Assembly (NCBI GenBank): GCA_964016885.1
Contig: OZ024763.1
Location: forward strand, 16,740,001-16,804,000
Length of the DNA stretch: 64,000 nt
Direction of reading: 5' to 3'
DNA from: Eledone cirrhosa
Lineage: Eukaryota
The translations under genes and the position numbers were made by a program. This document shows positions 38,985-51,807 of the stretch, piece after piece (position 1 is the stretch's first letter; each line of letters starts with the position of its first letter). A model generated the notes under the pieces. That model worked only from the letters and a program-made list of their open reading frames with translations. It did no database searches and was not told the DNA's origin.

Positions 38985-39034
<50 letters not shown>

Positions 39035-39077
39035 AAAGAAATCAAAGAACGCCTACATACTCGTACAGTTTTTATTT

Positions 39078-39122
39078 GCTGACAATGTTTCATCCATACC
39101 ATGGTGCAGGAATCATCAGAGC
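39078..39122 (-). ncRNA. Minimal hammerhead motif with a GUC cleavage triplet
   Basis: Minus strand: GCT-CTGATGA-T-TCCTGC(ACCATG)GTATGGA-T-GAAA-CATTG-TC-AGC. Confidence 0.7.
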
Positions 39123-39395
39123 TTTATAAACAAAAATACAGTGCTGAGTATAAGCTCTACCAAGCTTAGTCACATGAACATTAGAAATACTTTACAGGGT
39201 AACAAGAGGGAGATATATATATTTATAGAAAATTGATGATGGTGGTGATGATATATTTATGTATGTATGTGTATATAAACGTGGATGTGTATATAAATGG
39301 GGAAAGAGATAGAAGGCTAAACAATGCAAAATGGACTGTAAGTTGAGGTAACGAAAAGTAAGTCACCTGGTAATCATTGTTGTTCTTTTATCTGT

Positions 39396-39431
39396 CCAAT
39401 ATTTCGGGACCTAAAAATCCCTTCTTCAGGG
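39396..39431 (-). ncRNA. Minimal hammerhead motif
   Basis: Minus strand: CC-CTGAAGA-A-GGGAT(TTTTAG)GTCCC-GAAA-TA-TT-GG; palindromic ATAT stem III. Confidence 0.65.
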
Positions 39432-39895
39432 TTTAAGGAACTTTCAGTGGATAATGTTCCAATTTCCTCTCTTTGGGATTACATTTTTTAAAGTTGTTTT
39501 CAAGGTTTTTTTTAATGGTTGTTTCACTATTGACGAGAATGTGGTCAATTGCCGATGTAATATTTCATGGAATCAATTTTCTCTTTTGTATGAAATGTTT
39601 CCTTTGTGTCAGTGTGGGTGTCTTTTTATGTTTAGTATTGTGTGCTGAGTTCTAATTGATTCATCATCATCATCATCATCATCGTTTAACGTCTATCTTC
39701 CACGCTAGCATGGGTTTAGATGAGAATTGTCCCACTTGACGCAAGATTGGTCAGGTGGCTCGCTTATATAGGATTGTCTGGCAAGTTGTCTACGGCTGGA
39801 TGCCCTTCCTAACACCAACCATGTTTACAGTATGAATATATATGTATGAATATATATATATAGGCACATGTTTACAGTATGAATATATATATATA

Positions 39896-40230
39896 AGCAC
39901 ATGGCTTAGTGGTTAGAGCATTAGCCTTGCAATCGAAAGGTTGTGAGTTCAATTCTCAGACCGGGTGATGTGTTGTTTCCTTGAGCAAGACACTTTATTT
40001 CACATTGCTCCAGTTTACTCAGCTGTAGAAATGAGATGATAGGGACTGGGGTCCATATCATTCCACTGCAAAGTGGTCGTGGAGGTGCCACGGCAAAAAA
40101 GCACTCACTGTAAATGAGGTTGGTGTTAGGAAGGGCATCCAGCTGTAGAAATCAAGCCAGAATCAGTTCCCGTCCCACCCTTGCAAGCAGGGAAAAAGCG
40201 GACGTAAAATGAAATGAATGAATGAATGAA

Positions 40231-40234
<4 letters not shown>
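39896..40234 (+). mobile_element. Full-length SINE family A with a (TGAA)n tail
   Basis: Same structure as 37049-37395. Confidence 0.9.
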
Positions 40235-40292
<58 letters not shown>

Positions 40293-40536
40293 AACATCAC
40301 TGGTGCCATGGTGTATTAGCCATTGCTTTTCCCTTGGACAGCATTGTATATAGTATGTATATAATGTATATATAATATAATGTATATGTAATGTGTGTGT
40401 ATGTATATATATATATATATATCATCATCATCATCTTCATCATTTTACGTCCGCTTTTCCCTGCTTGCTAGGGTTGGACGAGTACTATTCAGCACAGCAT
40501 CTCTTCACTTGTCAAGGTATAAAACAAACTTTTGTA

Positions 40537-40588
40537 TTTTTCTGATGAGAATGTACCAAAGTTTTGGTACACTTGAAATATATATAAT
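40537..40588 (+). ncRNA. Minimal hammerhead motif
   Basis: CTGATGA-GAA-TGTACCAAA(GT)TTTGGTACA-CTT-GAAA-TATATA; stem I imperfect. Confidence 0.6.
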
Positions 40589-40798
40589 AGAATAAATATG
40601 GTTTTATAAATATAGTTTCCATTTATTAATATCATCGATATATATATATATATATATATATGCAAAAGTTCTATTTAAAATTGTTGGGATACAACAAGTA
40701 AATATTCTATAACTGATATAAAGCACTCGACAAGTTTTGGGAGTAGATATACGATATTAAATAAATGGAAACTATATTTATAAAACCATATTTATTTC

Positions 40799-40855
40799 AC
40801 TATACATATTTCAGGGATACCAAATTAAAATATGGTATGCCTTCATCAGATAAAA
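40799..40855 (-). ncRNA. Minimal hammerhead motif, inverted partner of 40537-40588
   Basis: Minus strand: CTGATGA-AGGCATACCA...TGGTATCCCT-GAAA-TATGTA. Confidence 0.55.
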
Positions 40856-40994
40856 TACAATATATAAACAGTTTTATAAATAATTTTGACGTACCCTTTT
40901 AGATGCAACCATTATTTTTGGAAGCTGTCTGGATAGTGAGATGTTTATAATTATTTAACTAATAAAATAATTATAAACATATATATATATGTGT

Positions 40995-41026
<32 letters not shown>

Positions 41027-41234
41027 TATGATGTCACTGGTGCCAAGCTGTATCATCGGCCATTGCCTTTCCCTTGGACAACATCGGTGGCGTGGGGAGG
41101 GGGAGGTTGTATGCATGACCGGATGTGTGTCTCCAACACCACCCCATCTCCATGTAAGGGGACAATTACTCTAACAAGGACTGGTATGGTGGGTATAGAA
41201 AGTTTGTGATGATGTTGATGTTGATGTTGATGAT

Positions 41235-41307
41235 GATATATGTATGTATGTGTATATGTATGTGCATATATATATTTATAAATGTGTATGTATATGTGGG
41301 CATATGC

Positions 41308-41338
<31 letters not shown>

Positions 41339-41682
41339 GGCTTATACATATATATATGTGTGCGTGTGTGTATGTGAGTGTGTGTATATATATTTATAAA
41401 TGTGTATGTCTATGTGGGCATATGCATATATATATATATATATATATACATATATATATGTATGTGTGGGCTTTTGTATATATGTGTGTGTGTGAGTGTG
41501 TGTATATATATATATAAATGTGTATGTATATGTGGGCATATGCATATATATATATATATGTGTGTGGGCTTATGCATATATATATGTATGTGTGGGCTTT
41601 TGCATATTTATCTGTATGTATGTGTGTATGCATATGTATATATATATTTGTAAATGTGTATGTGTGGACTTATGTATATATA

Positions 41683-41718
<36 letters not shown>

Positions 41719-42363
41719 AATGTGTATGTATGTGTGTGTATAATATATATATATAATATATATATAAATGTGTATGTATGTGTGGGCGTATGCATATATA
41801 TATATATGCGTATGTATGTGCGTGTACATATACATATATATATATTTATAAATGTGTATGTATGTGTGAGCTTACGCATATATATGTGTATGTATGTGTG
41901 TGTAAATATATATTTATAAATGTGCATGTACGTGTGGGCTTATGCATATATATGTGTGTATATTTGTGTGGATGTATGCATATATATGTGTGTATATTTG
42001 TGTGGGCATATGCATATATATGTGTGTGTATGAATGTGTGTATACATATACATGTGTATGTATGCGTGGGCAAATGCGTATATATCTATATATATATATA
42101 TATATATCTATATATATATGCATGTCTTTATGTGTGTGCATAAGTATATATGTGTGTGTGTGTGTGTATGTATGTGTGTGTATCTATGTGTGTACATATG
42201 CACATATATATATATTGAAAGAGACACACATAACAACACACGTAACTCAGATAAAATGTTTTACTTGTCCTTACATATTTATATATATATTTGCACCATC
42301 TCTATATATATATATACACACATATACTTCTATATATATATATGCATATACTTCTGTATATAT

Positions 42364-42409
<46 letters not shown>

Positions 42410-42418
42410 GTGTGTGTG

Positions 42419-42455
<37 letters not shown>

Positions 42456-42683
42456 ATATATATATATACATATACTTTAATATATATATATATTCATTTT
42501 TATACATATACTTCTATTTCTATATATTTATATACACACACAATATATATATATATATATATACACACTCAATATATATATACACACAACACATATATAC
42601 ACATGCACACACACACATACAATACACAATATATATATATCTATCTATATATATACATACACACACATACACACTGTATACAT

Positions 42684-42722
<39 letters not shown>

Positions 42723-42732
42723 TACACACTGT

Positions 42733-42773
<41 letters not shown>

Positions 42774-42871
42774 CACACACATACACACTGTATACATAAA
42801 CACACACATATATATATATATACATACACACACATCCACACTGTATACACACACATACACACTGTATACAT

Positions 42872-42929
<58 letters not shown>

Positions 42930-42997
42930 ACACTGTATACATAAACATATATATATATATTTATATATACATACACACACATACACACTTTATACAT

Positions 42998-43034
<37 letters not shown>

Positions 43035-43497
43035 CACACACATACACACAGTATACATACACATATATATGTATATATATATATATACATACACACACAT
43101 ACAGACTGTATACATACAGACTGTATACATACACACACACACATATATATATATATATACTTATACACACATACATACTGTATACATAAACATATATATA
43201 TATATTTATATATACACACACATACACTGTATACATACACACACATATATATATATACATACACACACATACAACTATACATACACACATATATATATAT
43301 ACATAGATACACATACATACTGTATACATACACACATATATATATATACATACACACACATACACACTGTATACATACACACATATATATATATATATAT
43401 ATATACATACACACACATACACACTGTATACATACACACATATATATATATATATACATACACACACATACACACTGTATACATACACACACATAGA

Positions 43498-43528
<31 letters not shown>

Positions 43529-43598
43529 ACACACACATACACACTGTATACATACACACATATATATATATATATATACATACACACACATACGCACT

Positions 43599-43630
<32 letters not shown>

Positions 43631-43707
43631 CACACACATACACACTGTATACATACATATATACATATATATACATACATACACACACATACACACTGTA
43701 TACATAC

Positions 43708-43739
<32 letters not shown>

Positions 43740-43858
43740 ATATACACACATATATACACATATATATATATATATATATACATACATACACACACATACA
43801 CACTGTATACACACTGTATACATATATATACACATATATATATATATATGTATGTGTA
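41235..43858. repeat. Compound (TA)/(TG)/(CA) microsatellite region with minisatellite cores (GTGGGCATATGC; CACACTGTATACAT)
   Basis: Direct reading. Confidence 0.9.
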
Positions 43859-44072
43859 AGATGTGCCTTCTAAACCTTCCCGGCAATCTCCTATATATGG
43901 TGTTTTATCAGTTGTTACCCAGTACACTCCACAATACAGCGGACATCTTGTTATTGTCTTCTCTATTAAATACTCATTATTGCTATTGTCTCTAATTGTT
44001 ACATACAAAACAATAACAGCTTTGTTTCACAACTTTCTTATAAATTATTTATATAAAGAATACTTCTTCTCT

Positions 44073-45265
44073 CTGTGTTGTTGTTGTTGTTGGTGGTGGT
44101 CGTGGTTGTTTGTGTTGTGTGGTGGTGTGTGGTGGTGGTGTGTGGTTGGTTGTGTGGTGGTGGTGGTGTGGTTGGTTGGTTGTGTGGTGGTGGTGGTTGG
44201 TTGTGTGGTGGTGGTGGTGGTGCTGTGGTGGTGGTGGTGGTGGTGGTGTGGTGGTTGGTTGTGTGGTTGTGGTGGTGTGGTGGTGTGGTGGTTGGTTGTG
44301 TGGTGGTGGTGGTGTGGGTGTGGTGGTGGTGATATGGTGGTAGTGGAGGTATGGTGGTAGTGGTAGGTTGTGGTGGTGGTTGGTGTGTGGTGGTGATGTG
44401 GTGGTGGAGGTGATGTGTGGTGGTGGTTGTGGTGGGTGGTGGTGGAGGTGATGTGGTTGGTTGTGTGGTGGTGGTGGTGGTTTTGTGGTGGTTGGTGGTG
44501 GTGTGGTGGTGGTGATGTCGTGGGTGGTGGTGTGTGGTGGGTAGTGGCAGTGGTAGGTTGTGGTGGTGGTGGTGGTGGTTGGTGTGTGGTGGTGGTGATG
44601 TGGTGGTGGAGGTGATGTATGGTGGTGGTTGTGGTGGGTGATGGTGGTAGGTTGTGGTGGGTGTGTGGTGGTTGTGTGTGTTGTTGTGGTGGTGGTGGTG
44701 GTGTTGTGGTGGTGATGGTGGTGGTGGTGTTGTTATGGTTGGTGGTGGTGGTTTTGTGGTTAGTGGTGGTGATGTGGTGTTGTTGTGGTTGGTGGTGGTG
44801 ATGTGGTGGTGATGTTGGTGATATGTGGTGGTGGTGTGTTGTAGTGGTGGAGGGTTGTAGTGGTGGTGGTAGGTTGTGGTGGTGATGGTTGGTGGTGGTA
44901 GGTTGTGGTGGGTGCGTGTTGGTGGGTGGGTGGTGGTGGTAGTGGTGATAGTGGTTGTGCTTTTTTGTCTCTGTCTTCTTCTTTGTCTTTTCCTTCTTGG
45001 TAATGCTTCATCGTCAACCACCACCACTACTACTAGTGCCACCACCACTACTACTACCACTACTACTACTACTACGACTACCACCACTACTACTACGACT
45101 ACCACCACTACTACTACTAGTAGTGGTAGTAGTAGTAGTAGTAGTAGTGGTAGTAGTAGTGGTGGTGGTAGCCGTAGTAGTAGTGGTAATGGTAGTAGTA
45201 GTGGTGGTAGCACTAGTAGTAGTGGTGGTGGTGGTAGTCGTAGTGGTAGTAGTAGTGGTGGTAAT
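44073..45265. repeat. (GGT)-rich tract followed by a (CTA)n-to-(TAG)n quasi-palindrome
   Basis: Direct reading; the strand switch is at ACT|AGT 45118/45119. Confidence 0.9.
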
Positions 45266-45474
45266 AATGTTTATTGTTGGTGTAGTAGTTGTTATTCATT
45301 ATTCATTAATATCATCTTTTGATGAGTTTCATTTTTTTGCATGTCTCTCTCTCTCTCCCTCTCTCTCTCTCCCTCTCTCTCTCCCTCTCTCACTATCTCC
45401 CTCCCTCTCTCACTATCTCCCTCCCTCTCTCTAACCCCCCTCTCTCTCTCACTCTCTCTCTATCCCTCTCTCCT

Positions 45475-45569
45475 ATATGTGTGTATATATATGTTTGTGT
45501 GTAAGTATGTATATATGTGTGTGTGTGTATATATATGTGTGTAAATATTTATATATGTTTATATATATG

Positions 45570-45655
<86 letters not shown>

Positions 45656-45713
45656 CATATGTATATATATATATATATATATACATATGTATATATATAT
45701 ATATATACATATG

Positions 45714-45799
<86 letters not shown>

Positions 45800-45805
45800 C
45801 ATATG

Positions 45806-45838
<33 letters not shown>

Positions 45839-45849
45839 GTATACATATG

Positions 45850-45902
<53 letters not shown>

Positions 45903-45939
45903 GTATATATATACATATGTATATATATATATATATATG

Positions 45940-45993
<54 letters not shown>

Positions 45994-46015
45994 ATATATA
46001 TATGTATGTATATAA
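45475..46015. repeat. (TA)n microsatellite with TG/CA interruptions
   Basis: Direct reading. Confidence 0.95.
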
Positions 46016-46224
46016 TGCGTCAGGGCCTGAATATATATTTTACATTTGTTATTAGTAATATTTCTATTATATTACCATTGTTGTTGTTTTTCTTCTTCTT
46101 CTTTTTCTTCCTCTTCTTAACATTATCATTATTGTTGTTGTTGTTGTTACATCACAAACATAAACTAAAACATCCTCTCGTCCTTATCCTGGCAGTTCTA
46201 GATTTACGATGTATTCTTAATATG

Positions 46225-47256
46225 AACAACAACAACAACACCAACAACAATAACACCAACAACAACACCAACAACAACACCAACAACAACACCAACAACA
46301 CCACCAACACCAACAACACCACCAACACCAACAACAACAACAGCACCAACAACAACAACAGCAGCACCAACAACAACATCAACAACAACACCAACAACAA
46401 CACCACCAACAACAACACCAACAACAACCACAGCACCAACAAAAACAGCACCAACAACACCAACAACACCAACAACAACAACAGCACAAACAACACAAAC
46501 AACACAAACAACAACAACAACACCAACAACAACACCAACACCAACAACAACACCAAAAAAAAAACAAAAAACACCAAAAACACCAACAACACCAACAACA
46601 ACAACAACAACAACACCAACAAGAACAACAACAACAACAACACCAACAAGACCAACAACAACACCAACAACAACACCAACAACAACAACAACAACAACAG
46701 CACCAACAACACCACCAACAACAACAACACCAACAACACCAACAACACCAACAACACCAACAAGACCAACAACAACAACACCAACAACAACAAGACCAAC
46801 AACAACACCAACAACAACACCAACAACACCAACAACAACACCAACAACACCAACACCACCAACAGCACCAACACCAACAACACCAACAACAACAACAGCA
46901 CAAACAACACAAACAACACAAACAACAACAACAACACCAACAACAACACCAACACCAACAACAACACCAACACCACCAAAAACACCAAAAACACCAACAA
47001 CACCAACAACAACAACAACACCAACAAGAACAACAACAACAACAACAACAACACCAACAAGACCAACAACAACACCAACAACAACACCAACAACAACAAC
47101 AACAACAACAACAGCACCAACAACACCACCAACAACACCAACAACAACAACAACACCAACAAGACCAACAACAACACCAACAAGAACAACAACAACAACA
47201 ATAGCAGCAGCACCAACAACAACACCAACAACACCAACAAGACCAACACCACCACC

Positions 47257-47287
<31 letters not shown>

Positions 47288-49975
47288 GCACCACCAACAA
47301 CGCCAACAACAACAACAGCACCACAACAGCAGCACCAACAACAACAACACCATCAACAACACCAACATCAACAACACCAACAACAGCAACAGCACCAACA
47401 ACACAAACACAAACAACACCAACATCAACAACACCAACATCAACACCAACAACACCAACAACAACAACACCAACAACAACAACACCAACAACACCAACAA
47501 CAACACCAACAACAACAACAGCACCAACAACAACAACACCAACAACACCAACAACAACACCAACAACAACACCACCACCACCACCAACACCAACAACACC
47601 AACAACAACACCAACAACAACACCAACAACAACAACAGCACCAACAACAACAACACCAACAACACCAACAACAACACCAACAACAGCACCACCACCACCA
47701 CCAACACCAACAACACCAACAACAACACCAACAACAACACCACCAACAACAACACCAACAACAACACCACCAACAACAACACCAACAACAACACCACCAA
47801 CACCAACAACACCACCACCTACAACACCAACAACACCAACAACAACACCAACAACACCAACAACACCAACAACAACAACACCAACAACAACAACACCAAC
47901 AACACCAACAACAACACCAACAACACCAACAACAACACCAACAACACCAACAACACCACCAACAGCACCAACAACAACAACAACAACACCAACAACACCA
48001 ACACCAACAACAACACCAACAACAACACCACCAACAACAACACCACCAACAACACCAACAACAACACCAACAACAACACCAACAACACCAACACCAACAA
48101 CAACAACACCAACAACAACAACACCAACAACAACAAGACCAACAACAACACCAACAACAACACCAACAACACCAACACCAACAACACCAACAACACCACC
48201 AACAGCACCAACAACAACAACATCAACAACACCAACAACACCAACAACACCAACAACAACACCAACAACAACAACAACAACACCAACACCAACAACAACA
48301 CCAACAACAACACCACCAACAACAACACCAACAACACCACCAACACCAACAACACCAACACCAACAACACCAACACCAACAACAACAACACCAACACCAA
48401 CAACACCACCAACAACAACACCAACAACACCACCAACACCAACAACACCAACAACACCAACACCAACAACACCAACAACAACACCAACAACAACAACACC
48501 AACAACACCAACACCAACAACACCAACAACAACACCAACAACAACAACACCAACAACAACAACACCAACAACAACACCAACACCAACACCAACACCAACA
48601 ACACCAACAACACCAACACCAACAACACCAACAACACCAACACCAACAACACCAACACCAACAACACCAACAACAACAACACCAACACCAACAACAACAA
48701 CAACAACAACACCAACAACACCACCAACAACAACAACACCACCAACAACAACACCAACACCAACAACAACACCAACACCAACAACAACACCAACAACAAC
48801 ACCAACACCAACAACACCAACAACACCAACAACACCAACAACAACAACACCAACAACACCACCAACAACACCAACAACAACAACACCAACACCAACAACA
48901 CCAACAACAACACCAACAACACCAACACCAACAACAACAACACCAACAACAACAACACCAACAACACCAACACCAACACCAACAACACCAACACCAACAA
49001 CAACAACACCAACAACACCAACACCAACACCAACAACACCAACACCAACAACACCAACAACAACAACAACAACACCAACAACAACAACACCAACAACACC
49101 AACAACAACACCAACAACAACAACACCAACAACACCAACACCAACAACACCACCAACACCAACACCAACAACACCAACACCAACAACACCAACAACAACA
49201 ACAACAACAACACCAACCAAAAACACCAACACCAACAACACCAACAACACCAACACCAACAACACCAACAACACCAACAACAACACCACCAACACCAACA
49301 ACAACACCAACAACACCAACAACACCAACACCAACACCACCAACAACAACACCAACATCACCAACACCAACAACACCAACACCAACACCACCAACACCAA
49401 CACCACCAACACCAACAACACCAACACCAACACCACCAACACCAACAACAACACCACCAACACCAACAACACCAACACCACCAACACCAACACCAACAAC
49501 ACCAACACCAACAACAACACCAACAACAACAACACCAACAACACCAACAACAACAACACCAACAACACCAACAACACCAACAACACCACCACCAACACCA
49601 ACAACACCAACAACACCAACAACACCAACAACAACAACACCAACAACAACAACACCAACACCAACAACACCAACAACAACAACACCAACAACAACAACAC
49701 CAACAACACCAACAACACCAACAACACCAACAACAACACCAACAACACCAACAACACCAACAACACCAACACCAACACCAACAACACCAACACCAACAAC
49801 ACCAACAACACCAACAACACCAACAACACCAACAACAACACCAACACCAACAACAACAACACCAACAACAACAACAACACCAACACCAACAACAACACCA
49901 ACACCAACAACACCAACAACACCACCAACAACAACAACAACAACACCAACACCAACACCAACAACAACACCAACA
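46225..49975. repeat. 3.75-kb mixed (AAC)/(ACC) trinucleotide array
   Basis: Almost only A and C on the plus strand; followed by (GAT/GGT)n to about 50200. Confidence 0.95.
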
Positions 49976-50466
49976 TGATGATCGTAATGATGATGATGAT
50001 TATGGTGGTGATAGTGATGGTGGTGGTGGTGATAGTGATGATGATGGTGGTGATGGTGGTGGTGGTGATAGTGATGATGGTGGTGATGGTGGTGGTGGTG
50101 ATAGTGATGATGATGATGGTGGTGGTGGTGGTGATAGTGATGATGATGGTGGTGATGATGGTGGTGGTGATGATGGTGGTGATGGTGGCAATGTGGTGGG
50201 TAATAGGAACAGTATCCAGCCATAGAAACCAAATCAAAATCAGTTCTGTGTGAGCAAGACACAGTCATCAGATCTGACTTGTCTCACAACAGGACAACCT
50301 GTCTAACCCATGCTAACATGGTGAATGGACATTAAATAGTGATGATAATGATATATACATAGCAATGAACTGTTTTATATATCTATATATATATATATAG
50401 ATATAAGTATGTATGTATACGTACATACATATATGTATACAGACGTACAGTAGCATGTATATATAT

Positions 50467-50670
50467 GCCAGTTGAAGGAAGACGTGGTAGAGGTAGACCA
50501 CGAAAAACATGGGCGGAGCTGGTGAGAACAGACCTCAGATCATTGAAGCTCACGGTGGAGATGACGAGGGACCGTGACGAGTGGAGAGATGCTGTGCTGA
50601 ATAAGACCCGTCCCACCCTCGCAAGCAGGGAAAAGCGGACGTAAAATGATGATGATGATGATGATGATGA
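50467..50670 (+). pseudogene. RTE LINE 3' fragment
   Basis: Near-identical to 1800-1996 (PVEGRRGRGRPRKTW...), with an (ATG)n tail. Confidence 0.9.
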
Positions 50671-50830
50671 TATATACATACAGGCACACATATATATATG
50701 CACGTATCAGTTTACCGAACATTTATTATAATGTTCGCTTTGTACGTTTGTAAACAAACGGACAGCCTGATTTACGCCGTACAGTGTTTAGGCAACCACG
50801 TCACCTTTTTGTTCAACACTGACACAGGAA

Positions 50831-50871
50831 CGATGTACTAGTTTCAAGCTTGTTAGCTATCGTCAGCACCG
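50831..50871 (-). ncRNA. Minimal type I hammerhead ribozyme, the best-preserved copy
   Basis: Minus strand: CGGTG-CTGACGA-T-AGCT(AACA)AGCT-T-GAAA-CTAG-TA-CATCG: 5-bp stem I, 4-bp stem II, palindromic ACTAGT stem III, GUA triplet. Confidence 0.85.
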
Positions 50872-51119
50872 TATACCTTTCTACCAGATGGTTGAATGTT
50901 CGAAAGTATATATTTTCCTTATGAAAATTAACGGCTGAGCAGCCTAATTTGCATGAAGCTTGAAGCTTGAAACTAGTACATCGTTCCTGTGTCAGTGTTG
51001 AACAAAAAGGTGACGTGGTTGCCTAAACACTGTACGGTTTAAATCAGGCTGTCCGTTTGTTTACAAACGGACAAAGCGAACATTATAATAAATGTTCGGT
51101 AAACTGATACGTGCATATA

Positions 51120-51194
<75 letters not shown>

Positions 51195-51511
51195 GATACT
51201 GTACGTCTGTATACATATATGTTTGTACGTATACATACTTACATTTAAGTAAGTGCCGTACTAAGAGTGAGAAATGAAATTTCGTTTCATTCTATTCCAT
51301 ATATAGATATAGATATATAAAACAGTTCATTGCTATCTAACCTTTCTATCCACATGCAGCAATTTGCCATATATGTTCTCATCTCTATCCTTTTCTCCCC
51401 ATCTTTACACTTTTTCTTAATTTTCCGAAGAAGGACATATGTCTGAACGTCATTATCAACTCTTTTCTGTTGTGTTCTTCTGAGAATAAATCATGAACCT
51501 TAGAACGTTAA

Positions 51512-51729
51512 CCCTTTACCATTTTCATTACTCTATATATACTATTATATTTTCACGGTAAAGGCTTTACCTCACATAATTATCTCACATAATATCAAAT
51601 CTATGAGATCTTGATGTTATTCATTTGAGAACAATACCTTAACATAAGTATAAGCAGCTGGTTACAGCCAGTTTAAACATAGAGGTGAGATAATTCTGAC
51701 TAGATAAGGCCAGTTTAAATGCTAAAGGG
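51512..51729 (-). mobile_element. piggyBac-like MITE, family 1
   Basis: TTAA|CCCTTTACCATTT ... AAATGCTAAAGGG|TTGA; reverse-complement homolog of 25709-25929. Confidence 0.8.
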
Positions 51730-51763
51730 TTGATTTTTATCAAATCTCATCTTGGTCTTTATT

Positions 51764-51803
<40 letters not shown>

Positions 51804-51807
<4 letters not shown>

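Larger units (their letters stand above)
37975..38988 (+). mobile_element. 5'-truncated Penelope-like element: inverted 5' segment, GIY-YIG fragment, 3' region with hammerhead, ending at (TA)n
   Basis: 37975-38049 is the reverse complement of about 38220-38295; GIY-YIG frame to 38477; HHR at 38743-38784. The end 38927-38988 is also present inverted at 8760-8821. Confidence 0.8.
50359..51336. repeat. Long inverted repeat (pLTR-like); arms 50359-50851 and 50963-51336
   Basis: 50692-50851 is the near-perfect reverse complement of 50963-51122. Outer parts 50359-50466 pair with 51185-51336. An RTE fragment is inserted in the left arm's (TA)n. Confidence 0.92.

Noticed and set aside
44073-44950. 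Telomere-like G-rich tract
   Set aside because: Degenerate (GGT)n with no TTAGGG array.
45517-50253. 1578-aa ORF and overlapping antisense ORFs
   Set aside because: Made of (TA)n and (AAC/ACC)n repeats that lack stop codons by composition; open in several frames on both strands.
51424-51452. CCGAAGAAGGACATATGTCTGAACGTCA hammerhead-like motif
   Set aside because: Core is mutated (CCGA for CUGA, GAAC for GAAAC); probably a dead relative of 21800, so not called as a ribozyme.
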